Source: Candidatus Spongiisociaceae bacterium (GTDB lineage Bacteria; Actinomycetota; Acidimicrobiia; Spongiisociales; Spongiisociaceae). Taken from it: a DNA stretch of 64,000 nt. The stretch is taken from the NCBI GenBank assembly GCA_965219685.1, contig CBDCOH010000002.1:1664001-1728000 (forward strand), in the 5' to 3' direction. Below, one piece after another: positions 1-9,836 of the stretch. The notes beneath the pieces are model-generated. The model had not been told where the DNA came from. It worked only from the letters and a program-made list of their open reading frames with translations, and did not search any database. Every line of letters begins with the position of its first letter. Position 1 is the first letter of the stretch. Both the position numbers and the translations under genes were made by a program.

Positions 1-999
1 AGCCACCGGCTCGCTGTCCTGGCGTCCAACATCAACTGGAACTGCTACAACCACTACGGAGGACGCAGCAACTACGTGTCCGCCATCTCCCTCTCTCCCC
101 GACCGCACTTCAACTTCCGGCAGGAAGAGATCTACTACACGGATCCGGCGCTTCAGCCCTGGATAGCGGACGAGTACGACCCGCTGTCGTTCGACCGTCC
201 CGAACCGCTCAACATGACGGAGGAGAACGGAAGGATCAACGACCCGATGGAGCGCCGCGGCGAGGAACACGTCGCTCCGGCCGAGTGGCGCCTGCTCGGG
301 TGGCTCGAGCGGGAGCGATTCGGATACGACTACTACGCCGAGACCCAACTCCACTTCGGCGAGATGCCCCTAGAGGACTACGACGTTCTGATCATCAGCA
401 CCCATCCCGAGTACTGGACGGCCAAGATGTACTACCAGGTCAAGTCGTGGGTGTTTGACGGGGGCGGCAAACTCATGGTCCTGGGCGGCAACAGCCTCAA
501 CTGCGAGGTCGAGTTCCTGGACCCCACGACGATCACCGTCCGCAACAACGACCACCGCAAGCGACCCGCCGACTACGAGAGCCGGTTCGGGACGAGGCAC
601 GAATCCGAAGCTCACCTGACCGGAGTGGTGACCACCCACACCGGCTACGAGACGGGCGCGCCGTACCGGGTGATCGACCCCTCGCACTGGGCGCTGGCGG
701 GAACCGGCCTGGCCGAAGGGGAGATCTTCGGCACGGAGTCGTTGGACCGCCGAGCTCCCGGAGGAGCCTCCGGTCACGAGACCGACAAGCGGACCCCGTC
801 TTCGCCGCCGGGGCTCCAACTCATCGCCAAGGGCACGAATCCGGACGATGGCGGCGCCGAGATGGTCTACCACGAAACGCACAGCGGCGGAGAGGTGTTC
901 TCGGTCGGGTCGATCTCCTACACGTGCTCCATCGCCGTCGACGAGATGATCTCGAAGGTGACCCGCAATGTGCTGGAGCGGTTCCTCGGCTCCCCATAG
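1..999 (+). CDS. N,N-dimethylformamidase large (beta) subunit-family protein, 5'-truncated by the window edge
   Basis: Frame 1 is open from base 1 (SHRLAVLASNINWNCYNHYGGRSNY). Motifs HPEYWT, LGGN, GASGHETDK, GAEMVY and GGEVFSVGSI are typical of the DMFase beta family. Confidence 0.8.
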   Translation, partial: SHRLAVLASNINWNCYNHYGGRSNYVSAISLSPRPHFNFRQEEIYYTDPALQPWIADEYDPLSFDRPEPLNMTEENGRINDPMERRGEEHVAPAEWRLLGWLERERFGYDYYAETQLHFGEMPLEDYDVLIISTHPEYWTAKMYYQVKSWVFDGGGKLMVLGGNSLNCEVEFLDPTTITVRNNDHRKRPADYESRFGTRHESEAHLTGVVTTHTGYETGAPYRVIDPSHWALAGTGLAEGEIFGTESLDRRAPGGASGHETDKRTPSSPPGLQLIAKGTNPDDGGAEMVYHETHSGGEVFSVGSISYTCSIAVDEMISKVTRNVLERFLGSP

Positions 1000-1219
1000 G
1001 CTCCCTCGGAGAGCCCTGGCCGGCATCGCGAGAAGGGATGCAGCGCGGACACCCTCGCACCCCCGTCTATCCGAGTCGGCACCCTCGGGCGACCAGAACG
1101 CGAAAAACCTCCCGACGGACCACTCCTGCGGGCCCACCCCCACCGCCACCTCCGAGTCCCCCCGGGCGCGTTCCTCCAAGCCCTGAAGAGCCCGGTTCAT
1201 TCAAAGATGATCCCTGTGC

Positions 1220-1247
1220 CGGTCTGCCGGACGTCCTAGGCAGACCG
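1220..1247. terminator. GC-rich hairpin between convergent genes, possible terminator
   Basis: CGGTCTGCC-N10-GGCAGACCG perfect 9-bp inverted repeat; no U-tract. Confidence 0.3.
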
Positions 1248-1359
1248 CTGGTGCATGCGGCTATCCAACACTATGCACGACTGTGTGACATGGTCAACCC
1301 CTCTGTTTCCGGAAGGCTCCGGTTCCAGCGAGCGGCAGCGCCGGCGACCGACCGTTAAC

Positions 1360-2253
1360 TCAGGACTCCCACTCGGGGAACGGTTGCTTCCAGTTCTCGT
1401 AGATGATCATGTCCTGGATCTCGGTGGGGATGGTGGGAAGCTTCGTGCCCTCCACGATGTCGTTGACTCGCCTGAGCCCGTTGATCACGTTGGTGATCGT
1501 CCCCGACGGGTAGTCGGAGGCCAGCAAGAGCTTGTGGTCGACCCCGTACTCCATGGCGGTGACCATCGCCTGCCAGTATCGCCATGGCCGGTAGTGCACA
1601 GCCGATATGTCGGCGTACATGTTGGGCGACTTGCGGATCAGCGCGACCATGTCCTCCTCCCAAGGATGCCCCAGATGGGCGATGATCATCCTCAGGTCGG
1701 GAAACTCCATCGCCACGTCCTCCAGTTGGAGAGGCAGCGCCCAGCGCAGCCGGGCACGGCTGGGGAACGTGGTGCCCTGATGCCAGATGATCGGGATGCC
1801 GTATCCGGAGCACTTGCGGAAGAAGTCCCAGTAGGCGCGGTCGGTGGGGTCGAAGTGCTGGTAGGTGGGTCCGAGCTTCAGACCGCGCAGGCCGAGATCC
1901 TCGACGCAGTGGGTCAACTGGTCGATCGCATCGGGTGCCGTGGGGTTCACGGACGCCCACCCGATCAGCTTTTCCGGATGCGTCGCCACATATTCCGCTA
2001 TCAGGCGGTTGGGAACGACGATTCCCGTGGGTTCGGCCTGAATCCCGAAAACCACCACCTTGTCCGCCAGCGCCGAAGCCTCCCAATGGTCCGCAGGCCG
2101 TGAATCGTACGAGTGCAGGTCGAGATGAGCGCTGTGCACCTCTCCCCCGGATTGCTTCATCTTGACCAGCTTGGACGCCAGCGCTTCCTGGGCCGCTTCC
2201 TCGGACCAGTGATCCGGGTACCAGCCTATGTGGGTGTGGACATCGACGATCAC
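1360..2253 (-). CDS. Amidohydrolase family protein (Amidohydro_2)
   Basis: N-terminal DVHTH, GLRGLKLGP, AHLGHPW, YADIS, ASDYP. Confidence 0.85.
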   Translation of the reverse strand: MIVDVHTHIGWYPDHWSEEAAQEALASKLVKMKQSGGEVHSAHLDLHSYDSRPADHWEASALADKVVVFGIQAEPTGIVVPNRLIAEYVATHPEKLIGWASVNPTAPDAIDQLTHCVEDLGLRGLKLGPTYQHFDPTDRAYWDFFRKCSGYGIPIIWHQGTTFPSRARLRWALPLQLEDVAMEFPDLRMIIAHLGHPWEEDMVALIRKSPNMYADISAVHYRPWRYWQAMVTAMEYGVDHKLLLASDYPSGTITNVINGLRRVNDIVEGTKLPTIPTEIQDMIIYENWKQPFPEWES

Positions 2254-2339
2254 AGGTGTATCTCCTCTCGTGGCCGGCCACGGTCCGTGCGGTCGACCGG
2301 ATGGGACCTCGCAGGAGTCATGGTGCTGTCACGCGACCG

Positions 2340-3335
2340 TTACCGGGAGACATCCACCGGCTCGCCGCTCCGAACCGACTCGTCCAACGCCAGCGCGACT
2401 TCCAGCGCGGCGCGGGCGTCCTCCAGAGACACCGGCCAATCATGGCTGCCCCGTACCCAGCCCAGGAAATGGCGATCCTCGATCGACACCGAACCCGCCA
2501 TCGTGCCTCCCACGTCGAACAACCCGTGGGTCCTGAGCCATCGGGTCTCGCCGAGCGAGTAGACCCTGGTCACCGGGTCGCGCATCTCGACGTATCCCGC
2601 TCCCCGGGTACCGAAGACGGCCAGCCGGTAGTCTCCCGCCAGCCCCGACCGGCGGCTCATGACCCAGTTGAACTCCAGCACGCCGACTGCTCCACTCCTA
2701 AACCTCAGGGTCGCGACGACCGCATCGACCGTTCCCTCGCCCAGAGACGAGGTGGAAGCCGGCATGGCGTAGACCCGGTCGATGTCCCCGGCAAGCCAGC
2801 GGAGCAGGTCGATGTCATGGACGCCGACCTCCACCGGCAGGGTCGTCCGGTGTGCCAGCAGGCGTCCCTCGAACGCCGGAACGTTGCGGCGGGCGCTCAT
2901 GCTCACCGGATCACCGATCTCCCCTCCGTGCACGCTCCTGGCGAGTGCCACGTAGTCGGGCTCGAAACGCATCGTGTGTCCTACCGCCAAGCGACCACCC
3001 GTTCGTCGGGTGATTCCGATGATCGCATCGGCGTCGTCGAGGTCATGGGCGATCGGCTTCTCGCAGAACACCGGAAGGCCTGCATCGAGGCAGCGCTCCA
3101 CCACCCGAAGGTGCTGCTCCTGCGGGGTGCATACGAAGACCGCTTCGACTTTCCGGGTCGCCAACAATCGGTCCAGATCGGCGAAGAAGCTCACACCGGT
3201 AGGCAACCTACTCTCCACATCGGGATCCAGGTCGCAACATGCCACGAGTTCCGCCTCGGGAACGGCGTCCAGCACCTGGACATGGACCGAGCCCATCATC
3301 CCGACACCCACCACCGCACAGCGGACGGGCTCCAC
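2340..3335 (-). CDS. Gfo/Idh/MocA family oxidoreductase
   Basis: GVGMMG Rossmann motif, CEKP, GHTMRF, HDID. GTG start at 3335 follows a GGAAGGAGG RBS. Confidence 0.85.
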   Translation of the reverse strand: MEPVRCAVVGVGMMGSVHVQVLDAVPEAELVACCDLDPDVESRLPTGVSFFADLDRLLATRKVEAVFVCTPQEQHLRVVERCLDAGLPVFCEKPIAHDLDDADAIIGITRRTGGRLAVGHTMRFEPDYVALARSVHGGEIGDPVSMSARRNVPAFEGRLLAHRTTLPVEVGVHDIDLLRWLAGDIDRVYAMPASTSSLGEGTVDAVVATLRFRSGAVGVLEFNWVMSRRSGLAGDYRLAVFGTRGAGYVEMRDPVTRVYSLGETRWLRTHGLFDVGGTMAGSVSIEDRHFLGWVRGSHDWPVSLEDARAALEVALALDESVRSGEPVDVSR

Positions 3336-3461
3336 GTGCACCCTCCTTCCCGCAGATCCACTCGCAGACATCACGCCATCGGCCGTCCGGACCGGTGCTG
3401 GCTGGGCCGGCCTCCCGGTTGACGCCACCAGGCAATTATCCAATAATCATGCCACGCAACG

Positions 3462-3482
3462 GTGTTGCGATGGGCGCAACAC
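3462..3482. promoter_or_regulatory. Palindromic operator candidate GTTGCG-N5-CGCAAC (copy 1)
   Basis: GTGTTGCG-ATGGG-CGCAACAC in a divergent promoter region; the same core occurs at 10722. Confidence 0.55.
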
Positions 3483-3496
3483 ACGGGGAGGGTTGG

Positions 3497-4420
3497 ATGA
3501 GGGTACAGGAAGCGCTCCGCCGGCAGGGGCTCCCGTCGGCCGGGACCCCGGCAGGCAGCGACCGCCGTTTCCCCGACGGCGCCGAGTTCCGGATCGAGAT
3601 CCCGAGCGTCGAGGGCCCCAGGGTGCTGGAAGCCGTTCTTGAACAGGCGGGTCGCTACGACCTGACCGTTAACCGAATCTCGCAGGGCAGCGGGGGGATG
3701 CTGCTCGAGGAGGGCGAGCTCAGGGAGATGGCCGCCATCGGCGCCGGGGCAGGGCTCGAGGTGTGCCTCTTCACCGGCCCCAAAGCCGGCTACGACGTCG
3801 GCGCGTTCAGCCGGTCGGCCGACGGGCGCAGCCAGTTCGCCCAGATAAGAGGCATGCGCCAGCTTCGCTACGCGGTGGCGGACATCGTCAGGGCTACCGA
3901 AGCCGGGATCCGTAGTTTTCTCGTGGGCGATCTCGGGCTGCTGGCGGTTCTCACCCGGATGCAGGAAGAGGGCGACCTCCCGAGCGCGACCGTGTGGAAG
4001 ATATCCGCCTACATGGGTGTTTCGAATCCCGCCTCCATCCGGCTCCTGGAGGATATGGGCGCCGGGTCCGTCAACATTCCGGCTGACGTGACACTGGAGC
4101 AACTCTGGGAGATCCGGTCCTCCGCATCCATCCCGATCGACCTGTACTTGGAGACGCCCGACAGTATGGGACCGGTCGTCCGAGGACACGAGATAGCCGA
4201 CTTCGTAGCGGTCGGGGCGCCGCTCCATGCGAAGATGGGTCTCGCCAACGCGGGCGGGGTCTACCCTTCCGGTGGCCAGACCCTGGACACCGCGATTGCC
4301 AACGCCCGTGAGAAGGTGCGCAGGGCAGCCATCGCGCTGGAATGGCTGCAGCGGGAGCGACCGGCCTCGGTGCAGTCGAAGCCGCACGCCGCGGGACTCG
4401 GCGTGCCTGTCTCCCCGTAG
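3497..4420 (+). CDS. U32-peptidase-like TIM-barrel protein of unknown function
   Basis: RFPDGAEFRIEIPSVEGP, RISQGSG, PIDLYLE resemble a family usually annotated U32 peptidase. ATG at 3497 follows GGAGG. Confidence 0.6.
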   Translation: MRVQEALRRQGLPSAGTPAGSDRRFPDGAEFRIEIPSVEGPRVLEAVLEQAGRYDLTVNRISQGSGGMLLEEGELREMAAIGAGAGLEVCLFTGPKAGYDVGAFSRSADGRSQFAQIRGMRQLRYAVADIVRATEAGIRSFLVGDLGLLAVLTRMQEEGDLPSATVWKISAYMGVSNPASIRLLEDMGAGSVNIPADVTLEQLWEIRSSASIPIDLYLETPDSMGPVVRGHEIADFVAVGAPLHAKMGLANAGGVYPSGGQTLDTAIANAREKVRRAAIALEWLQRERPASVQSKPHAAGLGVPVSP

Positions 4421-4615
4421 GTGGGACGAAGAACCCGGACCGGACCGGTGGTGCATGAACGACTTGCCGATCACCGGCGGCCGCCTCTCATCACCACGGT
4501 TCCTGAACACGCTCCTAGGATCACCCTGCAACAGTCGGAAAACTGCGCCGGTCTCGGTGAACCCAGGGTCCCGGTCCGGCCTCCGGCTTGAAGGCAGCGC
4601 GAGGATGACCCCTTG

Positions 4616-5380
4616 ATGCGAATCCTGTTCGCCGAGTTGACCCGCGAGGAATCGCGCACCATCGCGAGCGACGGCGTGCTCATCCTGCCGGTGGGCGCAA
4701 CCGAACAGCACGGGCCCCATCTGCCGGTCGGAACCGATTCGATGGGTGCCGAGTACGTGGCCCGCGCCGCCGCCGCGGCCTTGGGTGACCGGTTCCCGGT
4801 AGCCGTCGCCCCGACGCTCTGGTACGGGTCGTCTCCGCACCACCTTCCATTCGGGGGGACGATGTCCCTGGATGCCGGCACGTTCCTGGCTGTGTTGATG
4901 GACCTGGGGCGCTCGCTGGCCCGGGCCGCATTCCGGCGGCTGTTCATCGTCAACGGCCACGGGGGCAACCACGAACTGATCGGGATCGCCGCCCGCGACC
5001 TCGCGCTCGAGGAAGGAATCGAGGTCGCGGCCTGCTCGTGGTGGGCCATGGCGCACCAGGACCTGGCCTCGGCCGGGGCGGCCGAAATCGGGCGCCTGCC
5101 CGGTCACGCCGGCGCCTTCGAATCGTCCGTCGTCCTGGCCCTGGACGCCGCGCTGGTCAGGGAGCCACGGCCGCACCGTCCCGAATGGTCGTCGCCCCTC
5201 GTCGGCACAGTCGACGCTCCGGTACGGATCGAACGGCCGGGGAGTTGGGAAGCGACCGATGGTTTCACCGACAGTCCCTCGAGAGGCACAGCGGAGTTAG
5301 GACGCACTTTTCTCGAGATCGGAGTCGACAGATTGACCGAAGCGGTGGCCGCCTTCTACAAGGGGTCCGTAACAGATTGA
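4616..5380 (+). CDS. Creatininase (creatinine amidohydrolase) family protein
   Basis: PVGATEQHGPHLPVGTD, NGHGGN, HAGAFESS. Confidence 0.9.
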   Translation: MRILFAELTREESRTIASDGVLILPVGATEQHGPHLPVGTDSMGAEYVARAAAAALGDRFPVAVAPTLWYGSSPHHLPFGGTMSLDAGTFLAVLMDLGRSLARAAFRRLFIVNGHGGNHELIGIAARDLALEEGIEVAACSWWAMAHQDLASAGAAEIGRLPGHAGAFESSVVLALDAALVREPRPHRPEWSSPLVGTVDAPVRIERPGSWEATDGFTDSPSRGTAELGRTFLEIGVDRLTEAVAAFYKGSVTD

Positions 5381-5426
5381 GACCCTGCCCGGAACCACAC
5401 AACGCTCGAAGAGAAAGGGAGCACGA

Positions 5427-6599
5427 ATGACAGAACTGTTCGAGCGGGTCGCGAACGCCATCGACACCCGGCGGGTGGTCGAACTGGCCCGCGCGCTGTG
5501 CAGTGTCCCGTCGGATGATCCGCAAGCCGAGGGACCGCGGGCCGAGATCATCGCGGACGCCCTGGAATGCGCAGGTGTCGATGTTCATATCGCCGATGTC
5601 GTGGAAGGACGCCCGAACGTGATCGCCCGTGTCCCGGGAGAGGGCAGGCGAGCGCCACTCGTGCTGCAGGGGCACATCGACGCCGGGGTCTACCCGACCG
5701 GATGGACCCACGACCCGCACGATCCTTGGGAGAACGGCAACCGGATGTACGGCGGCGGGATCACCGACATGCTCGGGGCGGTAGCGGCGATGGTGGCGGC
5801 TGTCGAAGCGGCCCCCGCTTTCGGACCCCTGCCGGGCGATCTGATCCTGCACGCCACCATGTATCACGACGGCATGGGACTCGGCTCGAAGTACGCCCTG
5901 ATGACCGAGGGCCCCACGGAGGGCTACGGGATCTGCGGGGAGCCGTCCGATCTGAACATCCACACGGGCAACGGCGGGGCGTTCAAGTTCGAGGTCACCC
6001 TCACCGGGTCGCCCGCGCACGTGTCGCGGTCGGAGTCGGCCGTGGACACCCTCCGCCCGGCGACGGCGGTCTACCAGAAGCTCGTGGACCACGAATTCGG
6101 TCACCGGCCCGAACCCCGCCTCCCCGACCTGCCCCGCCTGCTGATCGGGGAGCTCAAGGCGGGCAGCTCACCGGCCGCCGTAGCGGAGTCGGCGACCATC
6201 CGAGGCGATCTCCGGTATGTCCCCGGGATGGACCGGACCACGGTCAGGCAGGAGATCGTTGACATCGTCGACAGCGTGGTACCGGACGACGTGGGCCGTC
6301 GGGTACGGATCATCGGTATGCACCAGCCCTTCCTCGGAGCCACCTCGGGCCCTCTGGTCGATGCCATATCGGCCGCGCAGAGCGCCATCGTCGGCCATCC
6401 TCCGCGCGTGACCAACGAGTTGCCCGGCCAGGCCTTCGTCACCGACGCGGCAGACCTGGTGGCAGCCGGACTGGAGACCGTCGTCTACGGCGTCGGCGCC
6501 TGGTACTACGCCGCGGACGAGTGGGTCTGGATCGACCATCTGGCCGGGTCTGCTCGTGTGTACCTGGCCGTGGCGGCGATGCTGGGCGCTGATTCGTGA
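5427..6599 (+). CDS. M20/ArgE-DapE family metallohydrolase with atypical ligands
   Basis: GRPNVIA, GHID, YGGGITDM, GEPS, DLRYVPG, TDA. Confidence 0.8.
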   Translation: MTELFERVANAIDTRRVVELARALCSVPSDDPQAEGPRAEIIADALECAGVDVHIADVVEGRPNVIARVPGEGRRAPLVLQGHIDAGVYPTGWTHDPHDPWENGNRMYGGGITDMLGAVAAMVAAVEAAPAFGPLPGDLILHATMYHDGMGLGSKYALMTEGPTEGYGICGEPSDLNIHTGNGGAFKFEVTLTGSPAHVSRSESAVDTLRPATAVYQKLVDHEFGHRPEPRLPDLPRLLIGELKAGSSPAAVAESATIRGDLRYVPGMDRTTVRQEIVDIVDSVVPDDVGRRVRIIGMHQPFLGATSGPLVDAISAAQSAIVGHPPRVTNELPGQAFVTDAADLVAAGLETVVYGVGAWYYAADEWVWIDHLAGSARVYLAVAAMLGADS

Positions 6600-6636
6600 C
6601 CGCCGAGGGCGGCACGTTGCTTGAGGTCCGGCCGGG

Positions 6637-7476
6637 ATGATTGTCGACGCCCATACCCATGTCGGTTCCCGCGAGCACTTCAGCCCCCGCTTCGTGGCCG
6701 AGATGATCCGAGCCTGGGGCGAGATGAATTGGCCCGAGGACGATCTGGCCGCGCACCGGGAGGCGATGGAACAGGTCGACCGGGCGATCGTGGTGGCAAT
6801 GGACGCGCCAGCGGTCGGGATGGTGGTGCCGGACCGGTACGTCAGCGAGTACGTGGCGTCTCGACCCGACAAGCTGATCGGCTTCGCGAGCGTCGACCCC
6901 AACCGGCCCGACGCCCTCGAGAGGCTGACCTTCGCCGCCGAGGAACTCGGTCTCAGGGGCCTCAAGGTAGGACCCATCTACCAGCACTTCGATCCGAACT
7001 CGCCGCCGGCGACCGCCCTGTTCCGGCGTGCCGAGCAACTCGGGCTGCCCGTGCTCTGCCACCAGGGCACCACGTTCGTCTCGGACGCTCCGCTGCGCTG
7101 GGCCAGGCCTTTCCTAATGGATGACGTCGCCCGTGCGTGCCCGGACCTGCGGCTGTTCATCGCCCACCTCGGACACCCCTGGTGCGAGGAAACCATGGCG
7201 GTCATACGCAAGCACCCCAACCTGTACGCCGACGTGTCAGCACTTCACACGCGACCTGTTCAGTTGTACATGGCGCTGCGTTCAGCCATCGAGTACAGGG
7301 TCACGGACAAGCTCCTGTTCGGGACCGACTTCCCGTTCGCCACTGCCCAACAGACCGCGGATGCGCTGCGATCCGTCAACGAGTCGGTCGGCGCTGGGTG
7401 GCCCCCGATACCGGATGAGACCATCGAGCGAATCATCCGGAGCCCGGCGCTGCAGATGCTCGGGCTGGAGGGCTAG
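6637..7476 (+). CDS. Amidohydrolase family protein (paralog of 1360-2253)
   Basis: DAHTH, GLRGLKVGPIYQHFDP, HQGTTF, AHLGHPW, GTDFP. Confidence 0.85.
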   Translation: MIVDAHTHVGSREHFSPRFVAEMIRAWGEMNWPEDDLAAHREAMEQVDRAIVVAMDAPAVGMVVPDRYVSEYVASRPDKLIGFASVDPNRPDALERLTFAAEELGLRGLKVGPIYQHFDPNSPPATALFRRAEQLGLPVLCHQGTTFVSDAPLRWARPFLMDDVARACPDLRLFIAHLGHPWCEETMAVIRKHPNLYADVSALHTRPVQLYMALRSAIEYRVTDKLLFGTDFPFATAQQTADALRSVNESVGAGWPPIPDETIERIIRSPALQMLGLEG

Positions 7477-7561
7477 TGGTCGGTGTACGCGGTGATTCGC
7501 CGTGTCCCGCCAGCCGGCAAAGCCCTAGGCGGCGCATGCCGCGCCGCCAGAAGGAGGACTC

Positions 7562-8680
7562 ATGAGAATAGAGCGAATCCGGACTACGCCCGTCGCAGTG
7601 CCGATGGTCCCCGAACGGATCATCTCGGGGGCCGCGGGAACACACAGCCGATCCCCTTTCCTGGTCGTGGAGGTTGAGACCGACGCAGGGCTGACCGGTC
7701 TCGGTGAGGTGTCCTGCACACCGGTTTGGAGCGGCGAGGACTCCACCACGGCGAGCCACGTGATCGACTCGTACATCGGACCTGCCGTCGCCGGTCTGGA
7801 CCCCCGGGCGCCGGAGGCGGCCCTACCTGCTATCGACGGTGCGATCGCCGGTCACACCTTCACCAAGGCCGCCGTCGAGATGGCCCTGTGGGACATCGCC
7901 GGAAAGGCGGCCGGCCTGCCCGTCTACAGGCTGCTCGGCGGTCCTGTCATGCCGGAGATCCCCACCAAGTTCTCCGTGACCGGGGCCGCGCCGGACCATG
8001 CCGCGGAGGTGGCCTCGTGGGCGGTGGACCGGGGTTACCCGGCCATGAAGGTCAAGGTGGGCCGGGGCGGGGTTGCAGCCGATGTCGCCAGGGTGGCCGC
8101 AGTCCGGGAAGCGATAGGGGACCACATCGTGCTCGGAGTCGACGCCAACTGCGGCTGGAACCGGGCTGAGGCGGTGGCCGCCGGGCGGCGCCTGGAGGCG
8201 CTGGGGGTCTCCTTCATGGAGCAGCCCGTAGCGAGGCGCGACTACGGCGGGATGGCGGCAGTGAGGCGCCGGGTCGGGATGCCGGTGGTAGCCGACGAGT
8301 CGGCGGGCACAGCGGAGGACGCAGCGCTTCTGGCCGTCAACGAGTCGTGCGACATCCTCTCGATATACGTAGGAATGGCGGGGGGTATCGCCCCGGCCCG
8401 CCGCGTGGCGGCCGTTGCGACGGCTTTCGGATTGGGGTGGACAATCGGGAGCAACCTGGAACTGGGGATCGCTCTCGCTGCGCACATGCACATCGCCGCG
8501 TCCACCCACGGGTTCGACCGACGCGTCCCCGCCGACATCCTGAGCCCGTTCTACTACGAGGGCGACGTGATCGCCGAGCAGCTGGACGTGCGAGCCGGTC
8601 TCGCTGTCGCACCGGACGGGCCCGGGCTGGGGGTCAGTCTCGATCCGGACGCGCTGGAACACTACCGGGATGCCCGCTGA
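7562..8680 (+). CDS. Enolase superfamily, muconate-lactonizing-enzyme subgroup protein
   Basis: KVK, DAN, EQP, ADES motifs; N-terminal capping domain GLGE...AAVEMALWD. Confidence 0.85.
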   Translation: MRIERIRTTPVAVPMVPERIISGAAGTHSRSPFLVVEVETDAGLTGLGEVSCTPVWSGEDSTTASHVIDSYIGPAVAGLDPRAPEAALPAIDGAIAGHTFTKAAVEMALWDIAGKAAGLPVYRLLGGPVMPEIPTKFSVTGAAPDHAAEVASWAVDRGYPAMKVKVGRGGVAADVARVAAVREAIGDHIVLGVDANCGWNRAEAVAAGRRLEALGVSFMEQPVARRDYGGMAAVRRRVGMPVVADESAGTAEDAALLAVNESCDILSIYVGMAGGIAPARRVAAVATAFGLGWTIGSNLELGIALAAHMHIAASTHGFDRRVPADILSPFYYEGDVIAEQLDVRAGLAVAPDGPGLGVSLDPDALEHYRDAR

Positions 8681-9836
8681 ATCCGTCCTTGCGCGTCGGG
8701 CAGGCCCCGGCTTGCGCATAACCGGGATCACCGCCACCCCCGTCGAAGTTCCCCGGCTGGCCCGCTTCCTCCCCAAGACCGCGCACGGGTCGGTCCAGGC
8801 CAGCCGGTACGTAGTGCTCGAGATCGAATGCGGTCCGGGGAGGAGAGGACTCGGGGAGATCACCTGCGATCCCCTCTGGAACGGGGAGGAAGCCATGGAA
8901 ACCTCCAGGCTGCTGAGGGGTCCCCTGGGCGACGCCCTGCTCGGCGCCGATCCTCTCCAGTGGGCCGAGGTCTCGGCCCGGATCGACGGGACGGTCAGCA
9001 ACCGCCCGTTCCTGCGGGCGGCCGTCGAGATGGCCTGCCTGGATGTGGCCGGTCGGCGTTTCGGCGTGCCCGCCCATGCCTTCTTGGGCGGCGCCTACCG
9101 CAAGCGGATCAGCACCAAGCTCGTGCTTCCCGCCCGGTATGTCGAGACCGTGAGGGCCATGGCTGAGGACGCGGCCGGCCTGGGGGCTACGACCCTGAAG
9201 GTGAAGGTGGGGCTAGGTGTTGAGGAGGACGTCGCCCGGGTGGCGGCGGTCCGGGCGGCGGCCGGGCCGGACGTCCGGATCACCGTCGACGCCAACGAGG
9301 GATGGACCCCCGAGCAGGCCGGAACAGCGTTCGAGCGGCTGGCGCCGCTCGGTGTGGTGGCGGTCGAGCAGCCCCTACCGAGGGAATCCGCCGGAGCCTC
9401 CGCCGCGCTGCTGCGCGCGACCTCGATGGCAGTGATGGGCGACGAGTCGATATGGACGGAGCGGGATGTGGTCGAGGCTGCCCGACACCGTTCCTTCGAC
9501 ACGGTCAATCTCTATCCGGGCAAGTGCGGAGGGCTGAGGCGAACGATCCGGATGGCCGGCCTAGCCCGGGCACTCGGGATGGCCGTGTCGTTCGGCTCCA
9601 ACCTCGAACTCGGCATCGGGGCGGCGGCCATGGCCCAAACCGCGGCTGCGACAAGGGTCCTGAGCCCGGTGGTGCCGGCTGACCTCATCGGTCCGCTCTA
9701 CTTCGAGGCAACGATGGTCGAGGACGCGGGATTCGTAGGGTGGAGATCTTCCATGGTGCCCACCGGCCCCGGCCTCGGGGTAAGGCTCGATCGTGAGGCC
9801 CTAGACGCCTACCGGATCCGCGAGGACACGGACTGA
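8670..9836 (+). CDS. Enolase superfamily, MLE-subgroup protein (tandem paralog)
   Basis: KVK, DANE, EQP, GDES; overlaps the upstream paralog by 11 nt. Confidence 0.85.
   Translation: MPAESVLARRAGPGLRITGITATPVEVPRLARFLPKTAHGSVQASRYVVLEIECGPGRRGLGEITCDPLWNGEEAMETSRLLRGPLGDALLGADPLQWAEVSARIDGTVSNRPFLRAAVEMACLDVAGRRFGVPAHAFLGGAYRKRISTKLVLPARYVETVRAMAEDAAGLGATTLKVKVGLGVEEDVARVAAVRAAAGPDVRITVDANEGWTPEQAGTAFERLAPLGVVAVEQPLPRESAGASAALLRATSMAVMGDESIWTERDVVEAARHRSFDTVNLYPGKCGGLRRTIRMAGLARALGMAVSFGSNLELGIGAAAMAQTAAATRVLSPVVPADLIGPLYFEATMVEDAGFVGWRSSMVPTGPGLGVRLDREALDAYRIREDTD

Noticed and set aside
4616-5380. Mycofactocin peptidase MftE
   Set aside because: No mftA precursor or radical SAM gene nearby; treated as a generic creatininase family member.
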